From Promethearchaeota archaeon (GTDB taxonomy: Archaea > Asgardarchaeota > Odinarchaeia > Odinarchaeales > JBHLKK01): DNA of 14,840 nt. The translations under genes and the position numbers were made by a program. Positions 8,364 to 14,840 of the stretch are shown piece by piece; position 1 is the stretch's first letter, and each line of letters opens with the position of its first letter. The stretch spans positions 1-14,840 of the forward strand of contig JBHLPL010000043.1 of the NCBI GenBank assembly GCA_048939465.1, read 5' to 3'. Under the pieces are notes generated by a model, which was not told the DNA's origin, ran no database searches, and was given only the letters and a program-made list of their open reading frames with translations.

Positions 8364-9005
8364 TTATACAGGGGCTTTCATGGTCTTTGCTTTCCGATAA
8401 GCCCCAATAGTCATTGCCACTCCAGTCATCATTGCAAGGCAAATCAGTATGGGGGTTAAGGTTATACCCCAAGGTGTGAAGTTCAGCATAAGACCCAATA
8501 AAGGAGTAACAGCCAGACTCAATCCAAAACTTAAAGCGATTTCTTCTACTGAATCCAGATCCTTCAGCGGAAAGATTGCAGTTGTCAAAGCATAACCAGG
8601 CAAAAAAAACACAAATAACGCACCTAATACCCATCTTAAGAACGCGGCGGGATACAAGTCTTCGGGTATAAGGAGGGAGGCAACAGTTGCAGCCACAGTA
8701 AACGTTAATGTTACCCAAAAATCTGTTGCTTGTGGGCTTTGAAGATAATCAATGAATGATTGCGGTTTTGGTGCAGCAAAAGCAGATCCCTCTGACGTTT
8801 GAATGTCCTTCTTGTGGAAGATTAGCTTACCTTTTTCTTTCATATGCGTTACTATACTTAGGACAGCCCTTTTTGGCAAATCGTATGCCTTCTCGAGATA
8901 AGCGACTAGATCTCTCACTGTTTTCAGTTCTTCTTCTTTGATTGCTTTTAAGATCAGTTTTTCTAAGACCGATTCATCGTATCTTCCGTCATCTTTTATG
9001 AGCAT
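8364..9005 (-). CDS. DUF1616-type 4-TM membrane protein with N-terminal winged-helix-like domain
   Basis: DUF1616 signature 'FLPGYALTTAIFP..DLDSVEEIALSFGLSLAVTPLLGLMLNFTPWGI..PI'. The N-terminal ~65 aa show a helix-helix-helix-beta pattern. ATG at 9005 (or TTG at 9008) follows a GGGGG SD-like run. Confidence 0.8.
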   Translation of the reverse strand: MLIKDDGRYDESVLEKLILKAIKEEELKTVRDLVAYLEKAYDLPKRAVLSIVTHMKEKGKLIFHKKDIQTSEGSAFAAPKPQSFIDYLQSPQATDFWVTLTFTVAATVASLLIPEDLYPAAFLRWVLGALFVFFLPGYALTTAIFPLKDLDSVEEIALSFGLSLAVTPLLGLMLNFTPWGITLTPILICLAMMTGVAMTIGAYRKAKTMKAPV

Positions 9006-9051
9006 CAAAGTCCCCTTTTTCGTTCAGCTCTGTTCTAGGTTTATGTTAATG

Positions 9052-9066
9052 TTTTATATTTTTTGC
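9052..9066 (-). promoter_or_regulatory. Candidate BRE/TATA for the DUF1616 gene
   Basis: Minus strand GCAAAAAATATAAAA, about 46 nt upstream of ATG 9005. Confidence 0.4.
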
Positions 9067-9160
9067 CTGGTTTTTTTGCTTGGCACGGTATTCGCTTTTT
9101 AATTATACCTTGGCAGAAGCCACTCAGAGCCAGAAACAGATAAAGAGTCTTCTAAGGGTG

Positions 9161-9174
9161 GTAAAACTTATTAA
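9161..9174 (+). promoter_or_regulatory. Candidate BRE/TATA for the 9213-10197 operon
   Basis: GTAAAACTTATTAA ending 39 nt upstream of ATG 9213; GAGGGAG SD at 9201-9207. Confidence 0.5.
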
Positions 9175-9212
9175 TCTTTGAGACCGACTCTCTTACAATT
9201 GAGGGAGACTTC

Positions 9213-9707
9213 ATGAAAAGGGCCGGCTTGATATTAGTCATAGGACTACTGTTTTTCCCTTTGCCGGAGACTCTCACTGCCGTGGCAAGTCAGCCGATTT
9301 TGGACGCTGAAGATTCTGTTGAGAATGCCTACCAGGTGATTCTAAACGCCGATAATGCAGGAGCAAATGTAACAGAATTAGTGGAGCAGCTAAATGTTGC
9401 TGTCGAGTTGCTTGGTGAAGCACGAAACATTTATGAGGTTAATCAAACCCACGCCGAGAGCTTGGCAAACCAAGCTAAGATAATAGCAGACGCTGTTCGT
9501 GAGGCCGCGTTAGATTTGTTGACAGATATACGATCAAAAGGTTCAATCTGGTTTGTTTTATTCCCATTGGGCGTTATATTCGTGATTGTTTTTGTGGCAG
9601 TTGCACTATACTATTCTTGGCGCAGCATGGCTGCAGAGGAGGAGGAAAAACTATTGGAGACAGAGATATCAGTCCCGGAGCAAGGTGATGACTGTGGGAA
9701 AGAGTGA
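9213..9707 (+). CDS. Hypothetical type-I membrane protein: signal peptide, alanine-rich helical ectodomain, single TM, acidic cytoplasmic tail
   Basis: MKR plus hydrophobic signal ending AVA/SQP; amphipathic helices (AEDSVENAYQVILNADNAGANVTELVEQLNVAVELLGEA); TM IWFVLFPLGVIFVIVFVAVALYY; good SD. Confidence 0.8.
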   Translation: MKRAGLILVIGLLFFPLPETLTAVASQPILDAEDSVENAYQVILNADNAGANVTELVEQLNVAVELLGEARNIYEVNQTHAESLANQAKIIADAVREAALDLLTDIRSKGSIWFVLFPLGVIFVIVFVAVALYYSWRSMAAEEEEKLLETEISVPEQGDDCGKE

Positions 9708-10197
9708 GGAGAGAACTGTGATGGGTCTCATTTCCATTGCAGTCATCATATCTGGCTCATTATTGTTTTATGCAGTAGTGACGTCACCGCCTCGGGAAGG
9801 ATTTCCAACTATATCTGTGTTAAATCAGGACCTGCTGGCAGTAGGTTTGATGCAAGCAGATAATGCTTCTCAATTTCTATTTCATGTACTGGTCCAGAAT
9901 TATTTGGGGCATGTAGGTTATTTCTTGGTGGATGTTTGGATGGGGCAGATCACTGGTGAGACAAATCCCCCACTTAACAGTTGCACTCATTGGGGAAACA
10001 TCAGCAGAATAATTGTAGATAGGGGGGAACACATGTTTCCGATCAATGACATGATTCATACTACTCAGCCGGTTGAACGGTATATTTACTATTGCATATT
10101 ATACGTTTTCAATGTCAATATAGGCGAGTTCGAGTATGTTCGTAACGCGCTTGGAGAAACCACCACGGTTTGGATGCAAGTCAATATCACTGCATAG
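9688..10197 (+). CDS. Single-TM protein with extracellular beta-rich domain, resembling the C-terminal half of DUF1616 proteins
   Basis: Start moved from TTG 9586 to ATG 9688 (alternatives GTG 9694 after a GGTGA SD, or ATG 9721), giving a short overlap with the upstream gene. N-terminal TM anchor, then 'PPREGFPTISVL...FHVLVQNYLGHVGYFLVDV', which recalls the E.F...L....V.N..G...Y.V.V pattern of DUF1616 C-terminal domains. Confidence 0.65.
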   Translation: MTVGKSEERTVMGLISIAVIISGSLLFYAVVTSPPREGFPTISVLNQDLLAVGLMQADNASQFLFHVLVQNYLGHVGYFLVDVWMGQITGETNPPLNSCTHWGNISRIIVDRGEHMFPINDMIHTTQPVERYIYYCILYVFNVNIGEFEYVRNALGETTTVWMQVNITA

Positions 10198-10269
10198 TCT
10201 AGCCGAGAGAATTAAAAATCGTGTTCTCAACTCCAACCAATTGGAACCGATACAAAGAAAGGGGAATCA

Positions 10270-10674
10270 CTAGCCGGAGTAAACAAAAAAGAAGAGAATG
10301 TGAAACCAAAGAATGATGTCGAATTTCTCGGATGCCAGCAAACTAACGATTTTCCCCCTCATAGCCGGAAGGTACCTTCTAGGAATATTGAAGCTTTTAG
10401 AGAAGAAAATACCCGTTATGTGATCCTACTTTTAAATAGGCGCAGCTTTGTAAGAATATCTTTTGAATTACCTTTGATGCTCAGTGGTTCGATGCATTCT
10501 ACTCCGTCGTAGAGATGATCGGTGCTCTCATTCGACGGTTTATTACTAATAAATGATACTAACGTCATTTTGTAGTTTTTGTTGCATTTAACGAAGTAAA
10601 AGGGGCCTCGCCAAGGATGGGTGCACCAGGGAAGGTATCTCTCTCCACAGAATCGAAAGCCACATTTTGTCCAT
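10270..10674 (-). pseudogene. Probable remnant of a GT4 glycosyltransferase N-terminal domain (two frameshifts, truncated)
   Basis: Three abutting frames: 10674-10588 MDKMWLSILWREIPSLVHPSLARP; then FYFVKCNKNYKMTLVSFISNK...KLRLFKSRIT (stop 10416); then ITGIFFSKSFNIPRRYLPAMRGKIVSLLASEKFDII (stop 10270). Joined, they resemble GT4 N-termini of the 'R.F...K.L..H..TLVSF ... Y.P.MR..I..LL..E.FDII' type. Confidence 0.5.
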
Positions 10675-10711
10675 CCGATTTCTTGCCTTAAATAAATGGA
10701 ATCGAAAAAGG

Positions 10712-10723
10712 ATTTAAGCCTTT
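10712..10723 (-). promoter_or_regulatory. Candidate BRE/TATA upstream of the GT4 remnant
   Basis: Minus strand AAAGGCTTAAAT, 38 nt upstream of ATG 10674, the same spacing as at 9161 and 2625. Confidence 0.35.
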
Positions 10724-10903
10724 AATCTTCCTAGGCTGTTTCTGAGTGTTAGGCGAATAACCGCATTTAGATTTCGCACTTCTGAGACTCTGGTAAGGTT
10801 TGAAAACCTCTTACAGGTAGCAGTTGTCCCCATACTCATTGCTGAAATCATTCTGACTCAAGACACCAGTGCACATTCGCTCCGCCTGATTTATCTGCAA
10901 TTC

Positions 10904-10909
10904 AAAAAA
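10904..10909 (-). terminator. Possible oligo-T terminator after the epimerase gene
   Basis: TTTACTTTTTTG on the minus strand about 20 nt after the stop codon at 10929; archaeal intrinsic terminators are T-rich. Confidence 0.3.
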
Positions 10910-10928
10910 GTAAACATTATAGCCTCAA

Positions 10929-11867
10929 TCATTTTGAATCTCGGATCTTTGAGTAATATTGAATGATTTCATCGATTCCTTTTTCAAGCGTGTACTTAGC
11001 GACAAAACCCAGTTTTTCTTTTGCCTTTTTAATATCCGCAAGAGTCCTTCTGACGTAGTTCTTTATAGGGTTTCTTACATACTTGGGTCTTGCACTTGTT
11101 CCAAGCTTGAAGCTCAACAACTCAATGAGTTCGTTAAAACTAGTTTCAATGCCAGTTCCAACATTGAAGATTTCACATCTTATTTTGGATCCTGCTGCCA
11201 GAATGCATGCGTTTACTACGTCCTCCACGTATACGAAGTCTCGGCCTTGGGTTCCATCACCATATACTAAGGGGGTTTTGCTGTTTTCTAACTCCCAGAG
11301 AAACTGAGTTACCATGTTTGCATATTCCTTCTTGTATTCTTCATGAGGTCCGTACACGCTGAAAAACCTCAAGCCTATAGAATCAATTCCGTGAATGTCT
11401 TGATACAGCCTTGCTAGCCTTTCGATGGCATATCTGCATTCTGTGTAGTAGTCTTTTACATATACTGACATGTCTTCTTTGAAAGGCGTCGCATTTCCGT
11501 TATAAATTGACGATGTAGAAGCGTAAATAACTCTGCTCTGTGGGTAGTCTTGTTTTACTCGCTCAAGGATTCCAGTAAATGCCGTTATTGTTTCTCCAAC
11601 AAGACTCGGGGTTTGTCTGTAGATCAGACTCGAGGAGGGTATACCCAGATGATAGACTGTCTTTAATTCTGGCAGTTTTGCCGTTTCAACTATTCTTGAA
11701 TCCCCGGGAATGATTTTGACGCTATCCAGATAATCCTTGAGGTTGTTTAGTGATCCTGTTGAAAGATCATCTATGACAATGACGTCCTGTCCCAAATCTA
11801 CCAGTCGTCTCACTAGATTTGAGCCTATGAAACCCGCCCCACCAGTAACCAAGCTGCATTCAGACAT
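10929..11867 (-). CDS. NAD-dependent nucleotide-sugar epimerase/dehydratase (extended SDR, HldD/RfaD-like features)
   Basis: GGAGFIG, DDLSTG, YASTSSIY, RFFSVYGP, YGDGTQGRDFVYVEDVV, FNVGTG; active-site motif reads YTECR; GAGGGAGG SD. Confidence 0.93.
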   Translation of the reverse strand: MSECSLVTGGAGFIGSNLVRRLVDLGQDVIVIDDLSTGSLNNLKDYLDSVKIIPGDSRIVETAKLPELKTVYHLGIPSSSLIYRQTPSLVGETITAFTGILERVKQDYPQSRVIYASTSSIYNGNATPFKEDMSVYVKDYYTECRYAIERLARLYQDIHGIDSIGLRFFSVYGPHEEYKKEYANMVTQFLWELENSKTPLVYGDGTQGRDFVYVEDVVNACILAAGSKIRCEIFNVGTGIETSFNELIELLSFKLGTSARPKYVRNPIKNYVRRTLADIKKAKEKLGFVAKYTLEKGIDEIIQYYSKIRDSK

Positions 11868-11913
11868 AATCCTCCCTCAATGAATTAGCTGATTTTGTAA
11901 GGAAAGGGTTTCT

Positions 11914-11926
11914 CTTATAGTTTTTC
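11914..11926 (-). promoter_or_regulatory. Candidate BRE/TATA for the epimerase gene
   Basis: Minus strand GAAAAACTATAAG, 47 nt upstream of ATG 11867. Confidence 0.45.
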
Positions 11927-12005
11927 CCTGTCAGCTATCCGTCATTTCGGTCCAACTACTGCATTATAATATTAATATTGATTCCCTAAGAAGAATTGAA
12001 CAAAC

Positions 12006-13097
12006 TCAGCGTAGTAGTTTCATTTTCTTTAATATTTCTATTTTTTCTGGAATGTAAGATTCTACGACATAACCTAGCCCGTATTTGCTGAAAGCTTGTT
12101 GTTCTGCTTTTCGCTTCAGCTTCTTGAATTTCTTTAGCTGGCTTTTCCAGAATCTTCTTCTATATCTAGGATCATTTAGGAGTTCTGTTACACGTTTTTT
12201 ATCCTGTTCATTAAAGGCGTCCGTCGGAAGCTCATACCGTTCAATATCTGATGCCCAAACACCCATCCATATGGCATCTGGGGTTGCTAATTCTGGTATG
12301 TGGGCAGCATTCGCTGATCCACTTATGATTACCATAGCTATGTGACAACCCCACGGATCGCCATCAGTGAATATAAGGACGGGGAGACCTAGTTCTTTGT
12401 TTAGTCTGCGAATCAATCTTCTAGTGCTTCTTGGTGCCTGCCCTGCAGTATGAATGAGAAGAGCGTTGAATTTTTCTTGTGCCCGTTCCTCAACCAATCT
12501 GGTGAACATACCACCAGATTCTATAGCTATGACTTTGTCAGCTCTGCATTTGATGAAGTTTGATGTGGTTAGGGCCGGACCAATCATTATGCCATCCGGG
12601 CTTGAAGAGAGATTTAGTGTGTTTCCTTCATAGCCAGGGATCGTATACTCGACTGTAAGATCTCCAAATATGGCACTTCGCTCTTCTGGAAACACCTTAA
12701 AATCCTCTCGAGGCGTGTGAAGCAGTGCCTCTAGATCGGTGATTACTCCATCGGATTCCTCTTGATCCTTGAAGTCAATATCATAAGCCTCTGCCGAGTA
12801 ATAAATATCTCTCAGAGTGCTACTTCGATTTGCTTTAAGAAGATTTTGAACAAAATAGGCAACCCATATGGTTTGCGTGAAGGGTTTTAGATGACGAACG
12901 TTACTCGTGCTTCTTGTGACCCTTTTTTCCCCAAGAATATAGTGTCCTAGATTGGCATCGTATTTTATATTACTTATGGATCTGCTGGGTATTTCCAGCT
13001 TGGGGAGCTCTTTCTGCTCCAGCTGAGAATATACGTCGAGTCCTAGATCTGCAAACTTCTGAATCAATTTTCTACGAGGATCTTCGGATTTTGACAT
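12006..13097 (-). CDS. top6A: DNA topoisomerase VI subunit A (Spo11-like)
   Basis: Catalytic-Tyr motif LRDIYY; TOPRIM motifs AIESGGMF, GQAPRSTRR and FTDGDPWG; C-terminal KAEQQA; directly follows top6B (TAA-ATG). Confidence 0.98.
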   Translation of the reverse strand: MSKSEDPRRKLIQKFADLGLDVYSQLEQKELPKLEIPSRSISNIKYDANLGHYILGEKRVTRSTSNVRHLKPFTQTIWVAYFVQNLLKANRSSTLRDIYYSAEAYDIDFKDQEESDGVITDLEALLHTPREDFKVFPEERSAIFGDLTVEYTIPGYEGNTLNLSSSPDGIMIGPALTTSNFIKCRADKVIAIESGGMFTRLVEERAQEKFNALLIHTAGQAPRSTRRLIRRLNKELGLPVLIFTDGDPWGCHIAMVIISGSANAAHIPELATPDAIWMGVWASDIERYELPTDAFNEQDKKRVTELLNDPRYRRRFWKSQLKKFKKLKRKAEQQAFSKYGLGYVVESYIPEKIEILKKMKLLR

Positions 13098-14588
13098 TTA
13101 GCTTTCCATCCTTTCGAGCAGTTTTTGTATATCTGGGGCTTTTTCTTTTCCGGCCAACTTCGTGGAATACTCCGCTATTTTGGATAGATGTTTTGAAAGT
13201 GCTGTGAAACGCATTTTCTGTCGCTTAAAGTGTTCCTTGCGAGAGAGATAGCGACTGAGTCTTCTTGCACATTCCTTTAATCCCCATTCCATTTCATATT
13301 CAATCTCCGGTTTATCGGCAATGAACTCCTTGCCTACAGTCTTGTAGGGGATTTTGGTTGAGCACAAATGAATTAAGAGAGTGATGGGCATTTCCGGTTT
13401 TATCTTATATCGGTGCCACTTTATTTTTCGTATTACCTTCATTGAAATGTCGCTGTAGGCATCATAAAGAAGAGGAATTTTGTTTGCAAATCGATACAAA
13501 ATAAAGTCCTTTTCTGAAGGTATTTTTCCGCCGTACGCTATGGCAACCTCTATAATAAAGGGATGTCCTGAGTAGGCTGATGGGGGGCGTTGAACAACTT
13601 CTCTGAACTCCGGCTTCAGCTCTTTATCAATCCCGGCCTTAAGGAGAGTAACACCTATAGGTGACAGGCAATCAGCACTAGGCGGCAAAAAATCCGGAAA
13701 TTCCTTCATTGCACGAACCAAAGTTAATACCTCCTTTGAATTAAGGCTTTTTGGATTGGTCTGAGGTTCCAGTCCTGCAAACTTCAGGAATTTCTTAGCA
13801 ATTGCCTTTCCCACCCTATGAAAGTGCCTAGTCAAGAAGTTTGCCAACGTTTGGGTGTTTGTTTTTCTAATAATGCGGTTTAGTATTTCCACATCAACCC
13901 CGTAGGGGTGAGGTAAGACTACTTTGGAAGGTGCCGGCAGAGCGTTGGTTACTCGTTTAAAAGTATAGAAAGCACCCTTTGGATCTATGAAAGTCAGATT
14001 CACGTAAGGCGTGACTACAGCAGTCTGCCTTATATATTCCAAAATCTTGCTTTTTGCGCGTAAATAGTCCCCTTCAAGAGCTAGATCTACGATAATCCCG
14101 TGCCAATTACCTTTGTTTGGACGAATTATGCTCTTTTCTATTAGAGGTACGTTATTTTGAATGTCGATTTTAATTTCCATTTCGTTTATTTCGCTGTCTC
14201 CTGTGCTAGAGATAACCTTAACAGCCCTATGTGTGGTTATCTGGCCATATAGAATGGCCATTGTTCCTCCTAACCCGAAGGTGCCCCTCAGTTGTCTGAG
14301 CGTATACTTTGAGCCATATAGGACTTTTCCGAAGGCCGGTGGTATGTTTTCAGCCGGGATGCCCGAGCCATTGTCTTCTACGCGAAGTTGGTAATCGTTT
14401 TCATCAGACTGTATTAATTGAATATTGATATCCGGAGGAATATTCGCGCTCTCACAAGCGTCCAAAGAGTTCTCGATTAGTTCTCGAACTGCTGTATACA
14501 GAGCTCTAGAGGGGTTGTCAAACCCTGCAATGTCACGATTCCTGTAGAAAAAATCTGCAGGGCTGATGGTTTTATATATTTCAGTCAT
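13098..14588 (-). CDS. top6B: DNA topoisomerase VI subunit B
   Basis: ISPADFFYRN; GHKL motifs ELIENSLDA, EDNGSGIP, RGTFGLG; H2TH region; transducer motif RFANKIPLLY and STKIPYK; GGGGAG SD. Confidence 0.98.
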   Translation of the reverse strand: MTEIYKTISPADFFYRNRDIAGFDNPSRALYTAVRELIENSLDACESANIPPDINIQLIQSDENDYQLRVEDNGSGIPAENIPPAFGKVLYGSKYTLRQLRGTFGLGGTMAILYGQITTHRAVKVISSTGDSEINEMEIKIDIQNNVPLIEKSIIRPNKGNWHGIIVDLALEGDYLRAKSKILEYIRQTAVVTPYVNLTFIDPKGAFYTFKRVTNALPAPSKVVLPHPYGVDVEILNRIIRKTNTQTLANFLTRHFHRVGKAIAKKFLKFAGLEPQTNPKSLNSKEVLTLVRAMKEFPDFLPPSADCLSPIGVTLLKAGIDKELKPEFREVVQRPPSAYSGHPFIIEVAIAYGGKIPSEKDFILYRFANKIPLLYDAYSDISMKVIRKIKWHRYKIKPEMPITLLIHLCSTKIPYKTVGKEFIADKPEIEYEMEWGLKECARRLSRYLSRKEHFKRQKMRFTALSKHLSKIAEYSTKLAGKEKAPDIQKLLERMES

Positions 14589-14618
14589 TTGAAGGCTTAC
14601 TCCCCGTTAGGATTACGG

Positions 14619-14840
14619 TCAAGTTTCATTTATATCTAGAGAGGGTTCCCATAAAGATACCGCTTCTCTCTTTATTTCTCTTCTCTTCCTGTGCAAAAAG
14701 CGATAAACTGAACTATGGGGCGCGCCATCGATTATTAAGACTACAGCTTCCTTTGCCACCTGAAGGTTCGTAGGCTCACCTATTATGGCCACCGTATGAC
14801 CGACTACGGATACATGAGTTTTTGTAAGTTCTTCGATTGC
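14619..14840 (-). CDS. pno1: KH-domain pre-rRNA processing protein Pno1/Dim2 (3' end only, 5' part beyond window; absent from ORF track)
   Basis: Own translation: AIEELTKTHVSVVGHTVAIIGEPTNLQVAKEAVVLIIDGAPHSSVYRFLHRKRREIKREAVSLWEPSLDINET*. This matches the C-terminal KH domain of archaeal Dim2 (IEELT...V.GHTVAIIG...G.PH..VYRFL), and the position upstream of top6B is the known archaeal neighbourhood. Confidence 0.9.
   Translation of the reverse strand, partial: AIEELTKTHVSVVGHTVAIIGEPTNLQVAKEAVVLIIDGAPHSSVYRFLHRKRREIKREAVSLWEPSLDINET

Noticed and set aside
8602-8609. A8 homopolymer in the DUF1616 gene as a phase-variation tract
   Set aside because: The frame is intact, the run encodes the conserved F-F-L of the FLPGY motif, and 8 nt is unremarkable at this AT content.
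7759-8941. ORFs 7759-7980 (+), 8356-8718 (- alternate frame, Cys-rich) and 8756-8941 (+, with a CPSC string)
   Set aside because: Fully overlap the GT4 or DUF1616 genes. The Cys richness is the expected off-frame reading of Val/Leu/Ala codons, and the single CxxC has no partner.
9586-9687. Upstream extension of the 9586-10197 ORF
   Set aside because: Would overlap the previous gene by 122 nt with an off-frame-looking sequence; better starts exist at 9688, 9694 and 9721.
10300-10512. 70-aa plus-strand ORF
   Set aside because: GTG start without SD, no motifs, and antisense to the better-supported GT4 remnant.
10504-10553. Hairpin CCGTCG...CGACGG and palindrome TTTATTA-C-TAATAAA as an ncRNA or terminator
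   Set aside because: Short stems inside the apparent pseudogene coding frame, no U-tract, about 300 nt from the nearest stop; likely chance.
10600-10670. GC-rich stretch with TTCGATTC on the minus strand resembling a tRNA T-loop
   Set aside because: No complementary T-stem, acceptor stem or anticodon arm can be formed.
9877-14394. ORFs 9877-10059, 10959-11270, 11083-11307, 12085-12345 and 14161-14394
   Set aside because: Antisense shadows of confidently identified genes.
1-14840. CRISPR array, IS element, integrase, tRNA or rRNA
   Set aside because: No regularly spaced repeats, transposase or recombinase motifs, terminal inverted repeats or structural RNA folds were seen.

Overview
Archaeal chromosomal window, probably TACK lineage and Bathyarchaeia-like, judged from the Topo VI sequence style, GGTGA/GGAGG Shine-Dalgarno motifs, BRE-TATA promoters and the DUF1616 module. 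The right end is a conserved housekeeping run on the minus strand: the 3' end of a KH-domain Pno1/Dim2 gene, then top6B and top6A. Directly after it lies a cell-surface glycosylation island. The island has an extended-SDR nucleotide-sugar epimerase with an atypical YxxxR active site, two GT4 genes, three paralogous GT2 genes, a class I SAM methyltransferase and a 5'-truncated multi-pass GT-C-like membrane protein. The most interesting element is a three-gene divergent module (8364-10197). In it a DUF1616-type protein appears split: the 4-TM half is fused to a cytoplasmic winged-helix-like domain, the single-TM extracellular half is a separate gene, and a secreted helical membrane-anchored protein sits between them. 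A 9-bp direct repeat at 30-bp spacing lies in the adjacent GT4 promoter. The 730-bp gap at 10198-10928 appears to hold a doubly frameshifted GT4 gene remnant that the ORF track misses. No rRNA, tRNA, CRISPR array or mobile element could be supported. All family assignments come from motif recognition, not database searches.
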